From assembly GCA_003597995.1 (NCBI GenBank), contig QZJY01000070.1, forward strand, positions 2,081-66,080: a stretch of DNA of 64,000 nt, read 5' to 3'. Each line of letters opens with the position of its first letter. The stretch's first letter is position 1. The DNA comes from Dehalococcoidia bacterium. Its GTDB lineage: Bacteria; Chloroflexota; Dehalococcoidia; Dehalococcoidales; UBA1222. Made by a program: the position numbers and the translations under genes. The notes under the pieces are model-generated. The model searched no databases, had not been told where the DNA came from, and was given only the letters and a program-made list of their open reading frames with translations. Positions 34,479 through 43,943 of the stretch are shown piece after piece.

Positions 34479-35138
34479 ATGAGACCCAGAATCCTGCTCG
34501 TATTGAGCACGCTGCTCATGTTAGCAGCGCTTTTCATGGTGTTCGTCTACGTGCCCGCCGACGCGGAACAGGGCAACATACAGCGCATCTTCTACTTCCA
34601 CGTTCCGGTGGCATGGGTTGCTTTCCTGGCTTTTTTCGTCACCTTCGCGGCGGGAATCGCCTACCTGGTAAAGCGCAATCCCTTCTGGGACATGGTGGCC
34701 AGCGCTTCGGCTGAGACAGGGCTGGTGTTCACCACCCTCATCCTCATCACCGGCTCCATCTGGGGGCATGTGTTCTGGGGCAAGTGGTGGGTCTGGGACC
34801 CGCGCCTCACCAGTTCGCTGGCGCTGTGGCTCATTTATCTCTCGTATTTCATGATACGCTCGTACATATCCGATGAAGATAGAAAAGCCCGTTTCGCGGC
34901 GGTGGTGGGCATCATCGGCTTCGTGGACGTGCCTATCGTGGCGCTGGCCATACAGTTGCGCTCGCAGCACCCCAGCGCCCTCATCTTCGAGGGCGGGCTG
35001 GCGGGCTCCATGCTGGCGACTCTGCTGGTAAGCATAGCCGCCTTCACTTCGCTTTACCTGCTGTTTCTGGCGGTGCGCGTACACCTTAAAGAAGACGAAC
35101 GGGAATTAAAGAGCCTCAAGGAGGCCATGAAGGAGTAA
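34479..35138 (+). CDS. ccmC: Heme exporter protein CcmC
   Basis: WGKWWVWDPRLT tryptophan-rich motif. AGGAGG RBS. Confidence 0.88.
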   Translation: MRPRILLVLSTLLMLAALFMVFVYVPADAEQGNIQRIFYFHVPVAWVAFLAFFVTFAAGIAYLVKRNPFWDMVASASAETGLVFTTLILITGSIWGHVFWGKWWVWDPRLTSSLALWLIYLSYFMIRSYISDEDRKARFAAVVGIIGFVDVPIVALAIQLRSQHPSALIFEGGLAGSMLATLLVSIAAFTSLYLLFLAVRVHLKEDERELKSLKEAMKE

Positions 35139-35139
35139 T

Positions 35140-35283
35140 ATGAATAGCAATCTGGGGTATCTTTTTGCCGCTTACAGCGTCATCTGGTTGTTGGTTTTCG
35201 GCTATGTTTTCGTCCTGATACGCCGCGAAAAGGCGCTGCGCAAAGAGATCGCCGCTCTCAAAGAGGGCATGAAAAAGGCTTAG
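35140..35283 (+). CDS. ccmD: Heme exporter protein CcmD (47 aa, not in the ORF track)
   Basis: MNSNLGYLFAAYSVIWLLVFGYVFVLIRREKALRKEI... is a single TM followed by a basic stretch. Starts 2 nt after the ccmC stop. Confidence 0.7.
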   Translation: MNSNLGYLFAAYSVIWLLVFGYVFVLIRREKALRKEIAALKEGMKKA

Positions 35284-35401
35284 GCCAAGCTTTTGCTCTT
35301 CCTGCAATGGGGGGAAAGGTCTATAAGCAGAGGCTCAGGCATCCGCACCGAGATGTCGAAACGGTTATAATAAACCAAAGTAAAAACAGAGGAGGATTTC
35401 G

Positions 35402-35599
35402 ATGAAGCGTAACATGGGTACGGCAGACCGCGTAATCAGGTTTATTATCGGAGTGGTAGCTCTGGTGATTTCTTTCCTCGTCAGTTCGCTGGCTTTGCAG
35501 ATCGTGCTGTGGGTGGTGGCGGCGCTCTTGTTTGTGACGTCGTCACTCGGCGTTTGCCCGGCCTATACGCTGTTTCATATCTCCACGAAGAAGAAATAG
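35402..35599 (+). CDS. DUF2892/YgaP-like small membrane protein
   Basis: MGTADRVIRFIIGVVAL pattern. GAGGAGG RBS. Confidence 0.6.
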   Translation: MKRNMGTADRVIRFIIGVVALVISFLVSSLALQIVLWVVAALLFVTSSLGVCPAYTLFHISTKKK

Positions 35600-35711
35600 C
35601 CGAACGGCTGGTTGTGGCCAGGGGAGATCTGGTCGCTTAACTCTGAGCCTTTATAAAAGAGACGCCGCGCTCAAAGAGGGCATGAAGAAAGCATAGTTTC
35701 GGAATCCTCGT

Positions 35712-35737
35712 GGGGCGAGTCATGACTCACCCCTACA
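35712..35737. repeat. REP family B variant (GGGGCGAGTCATGACTCACCCCTACA)
   Basis: Palindrome followed by CCCCTACA. Confidence 0.75.
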
Positions 35738-35738
35738 G

Positions 35739-35936
35739 CTATTTTTTGTCATCGTCTTCAGGCGGGCCCCACATGCGATGCCAGTAACGGCGCCGGCGTC
35801 TGCCCATGAGAATCGATAAGCCGAGGAGTATCAGGATAACCGGCCATATATAGCTCCAGGCCGAACCCGGGAGCACTCCGGTGGCGACCAGCAACGCAAG
35901 GACTCCGACTGCGATCAGCACCAGACCGAAAAACAT
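35739..35936 (-). CDS. Small two-TM membrane protein with Arg-rich and acidic tail
   Basis: GAAGGAGGAAGG RBS. Two hydrophobic helices, then RRRRRYWHRMWGPPEDDDKK. Confidence 0.55.
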   Translation of the reverse strand: MFFGLVLIAVGVLALLVATGVLPGSAWSYIWPVILILLGLSILMGRRRRRYWHRMWGPPEDDDKK

Positions 35937-35979
35937 AGCCTTCCTCCTTCAGCGGAATTAACATCAGCTCATGCAAGAT

Positions 35980-36516
35980 TTAATAACTCCTGCGCCTGTA
36001 AAACCATCCTGCAAGCGCGCCGAAAGCCAGGCCGCCCAGGTGCGCCTGCCAGGCTATGCCCGATATGAATGAAAGGATAGCAAACCCGCCGATGATGCCT
36101 ATCCACAACGGGATGGGGGTTGGGATGGGGAAGAAAATGACCCGCATGTTGGGCCGCAGTACGGCCAGCGCCCCGCCAAGCGCGAAAACAGCCCCCGATG
36201 CGCCTATGGCCGTCGAGTAACTCTCTCCCAGCAAAATATAGAACAGGCTGCCCGCTATGCCGCCTATCATGTAAATTATCCAGAAACGCCGGGCACCCAG
36301 CATCTGCAGCACTGCGCCGCCGAAAAAGTAGAGCGTCCACATGTTGGCCAGGATATGGAAAAAGGCGTAGTGGGTGAACATGCTGGTGACAATCTGCCAG
36401 GGGTGGCTCCAGACGATGGCGGGCGTCAACCCCAGGGTGTCGATGAACTCCGGGCGGATGTTCACGCCCACGAATACCAGCACGTTTATCAGGATGATGA
36501 TGTAGATGCTTTCCAA
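35980..36516 (-). CDS. Rhomboid-family intramembrane serine protease
   Basis: GASGAVFAL (catalytic Ser) and AHLGGLAFG (catalytic His). The start was moved to TTG 36516 after a GAGGAG RBS, because the longer ORF would read through a REP element. Confidence 0.75.
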   Translation of the reverse strand: MESIYIIILINVLVFVGVNIRPEFIDTLGLTPAIVWSHPWQIVTSMFTHYAFFHILANMWTLYFFGGAVLQMLGARRFWIIYMIGGIAGSLFYILLGESYSTAIGASGAVFALGGALAVLRPNMRVIFFPIPTPIPLWIGIIGGFAILSFISGIAWQAHLGGLAFGALAGWFYRRRSY

Positions 36517-36807
36517 TGGCTTTTCTCCTCGTAATTGAACGTCAAAGGGGTATGAAACATGATAACAGGGGCGTGCAAAATCGGCAAATCGGGTCACACT
36601 TTCTCCTCCCCTTTGAGGGGAGAAACATCTGGGCTTATGCATTCGGAGGGGGTTAACTGGCAATGGAAGGTGCCAGTCGTGCCAGATCCTTCGTCCGCCT
36701 CAGGCGGACGAAGGATGAAAGGTCGCTCCTCTCCGCAAGGGGAGAGAGAAAGCGGAGAAAAAGAAGGAGGCCGCTCACTGGCAGCCTCCTGTAGAAATCG
36801 ATTGACT

Positions 36808-37287
36808 TTATCTTTCAACGGCACTGAATACCAGCACCTGGCCGCCCGCGCAGTTGATAGTCAGCGACCAGATGCCGCCGAACTCGACGCTGCGTGCAGC
36901 AGACAGAAGCGCGAAGTAGGCGCTCTCCTGCTCATTGACGGCCTGGTCGGTGGAGGCCATGGCGGTGTGCAGTATGCCGCTGAATGTGAGCTGGTTGTCG
37001 GTTCTCTGCGCGAAGCCGCCGTATCCGTTGACGCCGCCGTTACCCGTTATCTGGTCGGTGGCGTCGCTGAAGGTGAGGGTAATCTTTGTCCCGGCAATTA
37101 CTGATTTGAGGTTGGCCGGGTCCCCATAGGACGCCAGCACCCACGATGTGCCGGCCAGGCTCTGGCCTTTGAGGGCGGGGACGCTGGATGGGGGTTTGCT
37201 GCTATCGGTGGCCTTCGACGCACAACCGCCCGCCAAGATAGCCAGTATGGCGGCTGCCGTTAGTAAAGCCAATAGAAGTTTACGCAT
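36808..37287 (-). CDS. META-domain (HslJ-like) lipoprotein
   Basis: Lipobox LAGGC. DQITGNGGVNGYGG motif. The start was moved to ATG 37287. Confidence 0.7.
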   Translation of the reverse strand: MRKLLLALLTAAAILAILAGGCASKATDSSKPPSSVPALKGQSLAGTSWVLASYGDPANLKSVIAGTKITLTFSDATDQITGNGGVNGYGGFAQRTDNQLTFSGILHTAMASTDQAVNEQESAYFALLSAARSVEFGGIWSLTINCAGGQVLVFSAVER

Positions 37288-37387
37288 GTGAAGTATCTGC
37301 CTTTCTTGAACTCGCCTTGCCTGAATTGATAATAATAACGCAGCGGGAGGCAGAAGGTTAGGCGGGCTGCTCTTGCGATTCCCGATA

Positions 37388-37837
37388 TCAGCCGCTAACG
37401 AAATGCAACTCGCCGCCGTCACAGAAGATGATGAGCCCGCAGCAGTCTTCGCTGAAACGCTCGGCCTTCGCCAGCAGCGTCAGATAATCATTTTCCTGCT
37501 GCGTAACGCCCGATATGTCGGGGCTTCCCAACTGCGTTTGGTATATCTGCGAGATGGAGATGCCACTACCGTGTATCTCGCAATCTCCTCCGTAGAGGTT
37601 GATGCCGGCGTTTCCTGAGATGTGAGACGCATTCCCATCGAAAACGAGCGTGATCTCGGTGGATGACAAAAGAGTCTTTTGCTGGGAAGCGAGGCCATAT
37701 GATTGCAGATGCCAGGAGGTGCCTGCCAACTCGAAGGAATCGCTAATCCTGCCGCTGTCACGAGACGCGCAACCCGCCGTGCTGATGCTCAAGGCGGCGA
37801 TGATTAACGAGGCAGCTATGACGATATGACGTTTCAT
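37388..37837 (-). CDS. META-domain (HslJ-like) lipoprotein, tandem paralog
   Basis: Lipobox STAGC. ISGNAGINLYGG motif. Confidence 0.7.
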   Translation of the reverse strand: MKRHIVIAASLIIAALSISTAGCASRDSGRISDSFELAGTSWHLQSYGLASQQKTLLSSTEITLVFDGNASHISGNAGINLYGGDCEIHGSGISISQIYQTQLGSPDISGVTQQENDYLTLLAKAERFSEDCCGLIIFCDGGELHFVSG

Positions 37838-37975
37838 GGCATCGAATCCTGTAAATATGATAACGCTTTTTAAGCACGGACGATAGTGCCTATCGGTAAT
37901 CCGGTTATTATTTATTGCGCCGTGCGTGGGCGCTTGCTACAATAGGTTAATCCATCCGGTTACGAGGAAGACTCT

Positions 37976-40426
37976 ATGATTGAAAAATACAATCCCGCCG
38001 AGGTCGAGCCCAGGTGGCAGAAGCGCTGGGCGGACAGCTCGCTCTACAAGGTGAGCGATGATAGCCCTGCCCCCAAGTGGTACGCCCTTACCATGTTCCC
38101 TTACACCTCGGGCGACCTGCACATCGGCCACTGGTACGCCATGGCTCCCTCCGATGTCTATGCCCGCTTCAAGCGCATGCAGGGCTATAACGTGCTGCAC
38201 CCCATGGGCTTCGACGCCTTCGGTTTCCCGGCGGAGAACGCCGCCATCAAACGCGGCATACACCCTAAAACCTGGACCATGGCCAACGTTGAAAACATGC
38301 GCAAACAGCTCAAGAGCATCGGCGCTATCTACGACTGGAGCCGGGAGGTCATCACCTGCCAGCCGGACTATTACAAGTGGACGCAGTGGTTCTTCCTCAA
38401 GCTGTGGGAGGCCGGGCTGGCCTACCGCGCCAAGGCGCCGGTCAACTGGTGCCCCACCTGCCAGGCGGTGCTGGCCAACGAGCAGGTGGTCAACGGCGAA
38501 TGCTGGCGCTGCGATACTCAGGTGACGCGGCGCGACCTGGAGCAGTGGTTCTTCCGCATCACCAAATACGCGGACGAGCTGATGCGGCATGACGGCCTGG
38601 ACTGGCCGGAGCGCATTAAGATAATGCAGGCCAACTGGGTGGGACGCAGCGAAGGCACGGAAATCTCGTTCGCGCTGGACTATCCTGGCGTCGCGGAAAA
38701 AGAGATAAAAGTTTTCACCACGCGCCCCGACACGATTTATGGCGTCACCTTCATGGTGCTGGCCCCAGAACACCCGCTGGTGGCCGCTCTCACCACACCC
38801 GACAGGAAGGGCGAGGTGGAGGCCTATATCGAAAAGGCGCGCCATCACACGGAGATAGAGCGTCTCTCCACCGAACGCGAGAAGGACGGCGTTTTCACCG
38901 GGGCTTATGCCACCAACCGCCTGAACGGCGAGAAAATCCCCATCTGGATTGCCGACTATGTGCTGCTATCCTACGGCACCGGGGCGGTTATGGGCGTGCC
39001 GGCTCACGACGAGCGCGATTTTACTTTCGCCACCAGATACGGCCTGCCGATAAAAGTGGTTATCTCCCCTCCCGCTTGGGATGGAAAGCTACTCGCTGCC
39101 GCCTATATCGAACCCGGCAAAATGGTCAACTCCGGGCACTTCGACGGGACAGAGAACACGCAGGGCAAGACAGCCGTTTCCGAATATATCGAAAAGCAGG
39201 GGTGGGGTCACCGAACCGTAAGTTACAAGCTGCGCGATTGGCTCATCTCGCGCCAGCGCTACTGGGGCGCGCCCATACCCATGGTGTATTGCGACAAATG
39301 CGGCATCGTGCCGGTACCGGAGAAGGACTTGCCGGTTCTCCTCCCCGATGACGCCGAGTTCAAGGCCACCGGCGAGTCGCCGCTCAAATACAGCCAGAGC
39401 TTCCTCCACACCACCTGCCCCAAGTGCAGCGGCGCGGCTCAGCGCGAGACGGATACCCTGGACACCTTCATGTGCTCCTCATGGTATTTCCTGCGCTATA
39501 CCAGCCACCACTTCGGGGAGGGGGCTTTCGACCCGGAGATAGTGAAGAAGTGGATGCCCGTCGATATCTATACCGGCGGGGCTGAACATGCCGTCATGCA
39601 TCTCTTTTACTCTCGCTTTTTCGTAAAGGCACTCAGAGACATCGGGTTGGTGAAATTCAGCGAACCATTTACGCGGCTGTTCAACCAGGGCACCATCGTG
39701 CGGGAACATCAGAAAATGTCCAAGTCGCGAGGCAATGTGGTGAATCCTGACGATTACGTTTCGCAGCTGGGCGCCGACACGGTGCGCGCCTACCTCATGT
39801 TCATCGGGCCGTGGGAGCAGGGGGGAGACTGGGACGACTCCGGAATATACGGCCTGTCGCGCTGGCTGAATCGTATCTGGAGTCTGGCACTGGAGCCGTA
39901 TGAAGGCGTGGCCTGTGGTTCGGAAGGCGAGCCCAGCGTAAAGGACTTGCTGCGCGTGACGCACCAGACCATCCGCCGCGTAACGGAGGACATGGACCGC
40001 CTGCGCTTCAACACCATGATTTCCGCCCTCATGGAGTTCTCCAATTACCTGGCCAAAATTAGAGAAGCGGGGAGCGTCCCGGTCGAGAACTATCGAGAGG
40101 CTGTGCGTACATTGCTCAGGCTGCTGGCGCCCACCGCGCCGCACTTCACCGAGGAGCTGTGGTCGCGGCTGGGATACGAATATAGCATCCATAACCAGAG
40201 CTGGCCGCAGTGGGATGAGAAATTGGCCAAGGATGAGGAAATTCCCCTGGTCGTGCAGGTGAACGGCAAGGTGCGCGACAAGCTGATGGTTTCCGCCAAC
40301 ATCAGCGAGGATGAAGCCAAAAAGCTGGCGCTGGAAAGCCCGAAGGTGCAGACGCACACCGCCGGAAAAACCGTGGCGCAGGTCATTTATGTGCCGGGCC
40401 GGCTGGTCAACGTGGTGGTGAAGTAG
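37976..40426 (+). CDS. leuS: Leucine--tRNA ligase
   Basis: HIGHWY (HIGH) and KMSKSRGN (KMSKS) signatures. 816 aa with a LeuRS-like editing domain. Confidence 0.93.
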   Translation: MIEKYNPAEVEPRWQKRWADSSLYKVSDDSPAPKWYALTMFPYTSGDLHIGHWYAMAPSDVYARFKRMQGYNVLHPMGFDAFGFPAENAAIKRGIHPKTWTMANVENMRKQLKSIGAIYDWSREVITCQPDYYKWTQWFFLKLWEAGLAYRAKAPVNWCPTCQAVLANEQVVNGECWRCDTQVTRRDLEQWFFRITKYADELMRHDGLDWPERIKIMQANWVGRSEGTEISFALDYPGVAEKEIKVFTTRPDTIYGVTFMVLAPEHPLVAALTTPDRKGEVEAYIEKARHHTEIERLSTEREKDGVFTGAYATNRLNGEKIPIWIADYVLLSYGTGAVMGVPAHDERDFTFATRYGLPIKVVISPPAWDGKLLAAAYIEPGKMVNSGHFDGTENTQGKTAVSEYIEKQGWGHRTVSYKLRDWLISRQRYWGAPIPMVYCDKCGIVPVPEKDLPVLLPDDAEFKATGESPLKYSQSFLHTTCPKCSGAAQRETDTLDTFMCSSWYFLRYTSHHFGEGAFDPEIVKKWMPVDIYTGGAEHAVMHLFYSRFFVKALRDIGLVKFSEPFTRLFNQGTIVREHQKMSKSRGNVVNPDDYVSQLGADTVRAYLMFIGPWEQGGDWDDSGIYGLSRWLNRIWSLALEPYEGVACGSEGEPSVKDLLRVTHQTIRRVTEDMDRLRFNTMISALMEFSNYLAKIREAGSVPVENYREAVRTLLRLLAPTAPHFTEELWSRLGYEYSIHNQSWPQWDEKLAKDEEIPLVVQVNGKVRDKLMVSANISEDEAKKLALESPKVQTHTAGKTVAQVIYVPGRLVNVVVK

Positions 40427-40466
40427 CGGTTTGGCTCGTCGCAACTTATGATAGGGGACAGGCTGA

Positions 40467-40503
40467 CCCCCTCACCTTAATCCTCTCCCACGTTGGGGAG
40501 AGG
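40467..40503. repeat. REP family C copy (inverted orientation)
   Basis: CCCCCTCACCTTAATCCTCTCCCACGTTGGGGAGAGG. Confidence 0.75.
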
Positions 40504-40601
40504 AAATTGGAGTAGCAATCGAGGTAAGACTATTCGATAAGACTCTCCCTTAGTCCCTCCCTTCCAGGGAGGGGGACTGGATAAAGCATCAGGAGATTAG
40601 A

Positions 40602-41417
40602 GTGGGAATATTTAAAATCGCATTCATCGGCGGGGGCAATATGGGACAGGCCATGGCCGCCGCCGTCATTAAAAACCACCTGGCCGAACCGCAGGATGTT
40701 TCCATCAGTGACGTCAGCCAGCCCCTCCTCGACAGGCTCAAGAAAGAGATGAGCGTCTTTACCTCTACCAACAACCTGGAGGTGGCCGGGCGCGGAGAGA
40801 TAATCGTGCTCTCTGTGAAGCCTCAAACACTTGCTGCCGTGATGGCTGAACTGAGCGGTAAGCTCAACCCAAAAACGCTGGTCTTTTCCATCATCGCGGG
40901 CAAGAAGCTGGAAACGCTGGTGGAAGGGCTCAAACACCAAGCCGTGGTGCGCGCCATGCCCAACACGCCGGCGCAGATAGGCAAGGGCGTTACCGCGTGG
41001 ACGGCCACGCGCGACGTCACCCCGGCGCAGCGCGCGAGCGCCGAGGCCATCGTTACGGTGATGGGTAAAGGCATTTATGCGGGTTATGAGTCCTACCTCG
41101 ACCTGGCCACAGCCGTCAGCGGCTCCGGTCCGGCCTACGTCTTCCTCTTCATGGAAGCGCTAATGGCGGGAGCGAAGGAAATCGGCATGCCGGAAGACAT
41201 GGCAAAAACGCTTGTTTTCCAAACCGTGCTCGGCTCCGCGGAGTTCGCTCAAGCCTCATCTAAAGATCTTACAGAGTTGCGGCGTAATGTAACCTCCCCC
41301 GGCGGCACGACGGCAGAAGCCCTCAAGGTGTTCGAGGAGGGCGGTTTCAACGACCTGGTCAAGAAAGCCGTGGCGGCGGCCTACCGCAGGGCGCAGGAGT
41401 TGGGGGCGAAATCCTAA
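40602..41417 (+). CDS. proC: Pyrroline-5-carboxylate reductase
   Basis: IAFIGGGNMG Rossmann motif and C-terminal SPGGTT motif. GTG start. Confidence 0.88.
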   Translation: MGIFKIAFIGGGNMGQAMAAAVIKNHLAEPQDVSISDVSQPLLDRLKKEMSVFTSTNNLEVAGRGEIIVLSVKPQTLAAVMAELSGKLNPKTLVFSIIAGKKLETLVEGLKHQAVVRAMPNTPAQIGKGVTAWTATRDVTPAQRASAEAIVTVMGKGIYAGYESYLDLATAVSGSGPAYVFLFMEALMAGAKEIGMPEDMAKTLVFQTVLGSAEFAQASSKDLTELRRNVTSPGGTTAEALKVFEEGGFNDLVKKAVAAAYRRAQELGAKS

Positions 41418-41500
41418 ATCCTAATTTCTAAATTCTAAATAAATACAAATACCAAAATACGAAGTTTTGAAAATTTGAGCTTTGGTTTGATTTAGGATTT
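41409..41500. repeat. AT-rich long inverted repeat / family E element after proC
   Basis: AAATCCTAAATC at 41409-41420 is the exact reverse complement of GATTTAGGATTT at 41489-41500. The interior is made of TAAAT/AAATAC-type short repeats. Confidence 0.65.
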
Positions 41501-41555
41501 GGTGCTTTGTGCTTCGTGCTTGGGGATAGGTGGATTTTAAAAAGGGGAGGTAATT

Positions 41556-42041
41556 ATGAACTGGCTGGATATCCTCATACTCATCAGCCTGGCGGCTTCG
41601 GTCATCGGCGGACTGGCCACCGGCATCGTGCGCGGCGTGGTCAACCTGGCGGGCTTAATTTTAGGGATCTTCTTGGCAGGCATGTATTATAAGACCGTGG
41701 GCGGCTGGCTCGGCCTCATCCACAATACGGATGTCGCCAAAACCGTGGCCTTCATTGCCATCATAGTGGTTGTCATGATACTGGCCGGGCTGGTGGGCAA
41801 TCTGCTGCACAAGCTCGTCTCCGGCATCATGCTTGGCTGGCTGGACCACCTGGTAGGCGGCATCCTGGGGCTGCTCATAGGGGCAGTCTCGTGGGGAGCG
41901 TTACTGGCACTGTGGGTTAACTTCTTTAGCACGGGTGCGGTGAGCGGTTCTAATATGGCCAGAATACTCTTGGACAAGTTTCCGCTGGTGCTGGGGCTGC
42001 TGCCTGCCAGCTTCGACAAAGTCAAGAATTTCTTCACGTAG
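41556..42041 (+). CDS. cvpA: CvpA-family membrane protein
   Basis: MNWLDILILISLAASVIGGLATG... with four TM helices, typical of CvpA. Confidence 0.75.
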   Translation: MNWLDILILISLAASVIGGLATGIVRGVVNLAGLILGIFLAGMYYKTVGGWLGLIHNTDVAKTVAFIAIIVVVMILAGLVGNLLHKLVSGIMLGWLDHLVGGILGLLIGAVSWGALLALWVNFFSTGAVSGSNMARILLDKFPLVLGLLPASFDKVKNFFT

Positions 42042-42063
42042 AGACTATCGCGCTATCTAGTGA

Positions 42064-42086
42064 GGGGCGGGTTTCAAACCCGCCCC
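42064..42086. terminator. Bidirectional terminator hairpin between the convergent cvpA and ferredoxin genes
   Basis: GGGGCGGGTTT-CAA-ACCCGCCCC stem, then AGCATTTT. Confidence 0.6.
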
Positions 42087-42144
42087 AGCATTTTAGAACG
42101 ACCTGAGAGCCGCTTGCGTATTATATCTCGCGGATAGAGTGAGC

Positions 42145-42411
42145 CTAGGTTACCTTGGGCGTCTCGCCGGGGTGAATCTTCTGCCATTTCGCCAGAAGCT
42201 GGTCGCGGTTCTCCTGATAGGCCGGGTCGGGGACAACGGAGGCCACCGGGCAGATCTCGACGCATTGTTGTTTGGTATGGCTGCCGACGCACTCGCTGCA
42301 GAGCTCCGGGTCTATCACGTATATAGTGCTGCCTTCTTTGATGGCCTTATTAGGGCACTCGGGCTCACAGGCCCCGCAGCTTATGCAGTCGTCGTTAATC
42401 TTGTAAGCCAT
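42145..42411 (-). CDS. 4Fe-4S ferredoxin
   Basis: CISCGACEPECP and CSECVG...CVEICP cluster motifs. Confidence 0.85.
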   Translation of the reverse strand: MAYKINDDCISCGACEPECPNKAIKEGSTIYVIDPELCSECVGSHTKQQCVEICPVASVVPDPAYQENRDQLLAKWQKIHPGETPKVT

Positions 42412-42535
42412 TTAAAAATATCCTCCTGATTTGTCTATCAATATACAATATTCTCTGGAGCAATGTCTCTTTGTTGATGGCATCCTTGTTTTTGAGATAC
42501 GGTCGAATCTCAAAGTGCCTTTGAAAAGATACCAA

Positions 42536-43021
42536 TTACTTGCTGGTAGCCACTTTCTTCTTTACGGCCCGGGCCACGTTCAGGGGGACCCAATCGTCAA
42601 TCTTGCCCCCCAGCCGCGCCACCTCTTTGAGCAGGCTGGAACTGAGGAACTGGTATTGCGGGCTGGCCATGAAGCAGACCATCTCCAGCTCCGGCGAGAG
42701 CTTGTTGGTCATCATGGCCAGGTCGAACTCGAACTCGAAATCGGCGCTCACCCTGAGGCCGCGCACCATCACTGGCGCACAGACCTTTTTGGCGAAATCC
42801 ACGGTGAGACCGCTGTAAGGCTGCACTTCAATATTAGGCGTGTTTTTAACGGCCTTGCGCGCCAGTTCGACCCTTTCGGTCTGGCTGAACATGAGTTTTT
42901 TTTCGGGCGTGTCGTAAACCCCGATGATGACTTTGTCGAAGACGCGTGCGGCGCGTTGCGCCACGTCAAGGTGTCCGTTGGTAATGGGGTCGAAGCTGCC
43001 GGGGTAAATTGCGGTGGTCAA
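42536..43021 (-). CDS. coaD: Phosphopantetheine adenylyltransferase
   Basis: AIYPGSFDPITNGHLD motif. 161 aa. Confidence 0.92.
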   Translation of the reverse strand: MTTAIYPGSFDPITNGHLDVAQRAARVFDKVIIGVYDTPEKKLMFSQTERVELARKAVKNTPNIEVQPYSGLTVDFAKKVCAPVMVRGLRVSADFEFEFDLAMMTNKLSPELEMVCFMASPQYQFLSSSLLKEVARLGGKIDDWVPLNVARAVKKKVATSK

Positions 43022-43572
43022 GATATATGCTCCTTTCGGTAGATGGCGATGGTGCTGTCGCCGTGGCGGTATTCGCGTTTCATGACAAGCGCTCCGTATC
43101 TTGCTTCCAGTTTGAATCTGGACGAGTGGGTGATGACTACCGTCGTCCCTTCCCCCACCAGTTTCGATGCCGCCAGTTGTTCAATGGTGCTTCCAATGCC
43201 GGTGTCTTTGTAGGGCGGGTCCATCAGCACGATGTTGTATTCCCCGTCCAGCATGGAAATAGCCCGGCTTACCGTCGTGCAGTGCACTTTAGCTTGGCCG
43301 CCGAGTCTGGTTTTCTCCAGGTTTTCCTTGATTATAGCACAGCAGCGCGGTTCCTGGTCAACGAAATCCAAGCTGCCGGCGCCCCGGCTGAGAGCCTCAA
43401 TGCCCAGTGAGCCCGAGCCCGAAAAGAGGTCGAGTACGCGCGACCAGTCTTCTACCGAGGAATCCAGAATGGAGAAGATAGCGCCTCTAACCAGTTCGGT
43501 GGCGGGGCGCGTGGGGGTGCCTTTGGGGACTTTAAGCGGAAAGCCCTTGGCGCTGCCGGCGATGACTCTCAT
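43018..43572 (-). CDS. rsmD: 16S rRNA (guanine966-N2)-methyltransferase RsmD
   Basis: MRVIAGSAKG..L..P....RPT, DLFSGSGSLGIEALSRGA and MDPPY motifs. The start was moved to ATG 43572. Overlaps coaD by 4 nt. Confidence 0.85.
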   Translation of the reverse strand: MRVIAGSAKGFPLKVPKGTPTRPATELVRGAIFSILDSSVEDWSRVLDLFSGSGSLGIEALSRGAGSLDFVDQEPRCCAIIKENLEKTRLGGQAKVHCTTVSRAISMLDGEYNIVLMDPPYKDTGIGSTIEQLAASKLVGEGTTVVITHSSRFKLEARYGALVMKREYRHGDSTIAIYRKEHIS

Positions 43573-43943
43573 ATAGGTAATTATAACCGATATGCGTGAT
43601 TTTTGCGGGGAAGTCTGGGAATAACCGTTGGCGTGAAGATTCTTTGAATCTTGCTCTCGCTCGATCCCTGCCATCAAGCGAAAGAAGAAAGCCGATGTGA
43701 TTAATCTCATTAGGGTCTAATTCCCCGCCGCTTGCGGCGAATCCGGTAAGTATATCCAGATTCACAAAGATCAACTAAGATTATTGTGATACCCCGACGC
43801 TTGCGTCGGGGAGAATGTCATTATATTTTAGAGTATCGCAATCGATATGCTGCTATACTGCTTCTCTTGGATTCTAAAGGCATCAATGCGTTCGGTTATG
43901 AAAATCCCAATGGACATGGCGTCCAACTGCTGGTAAGAGATGT

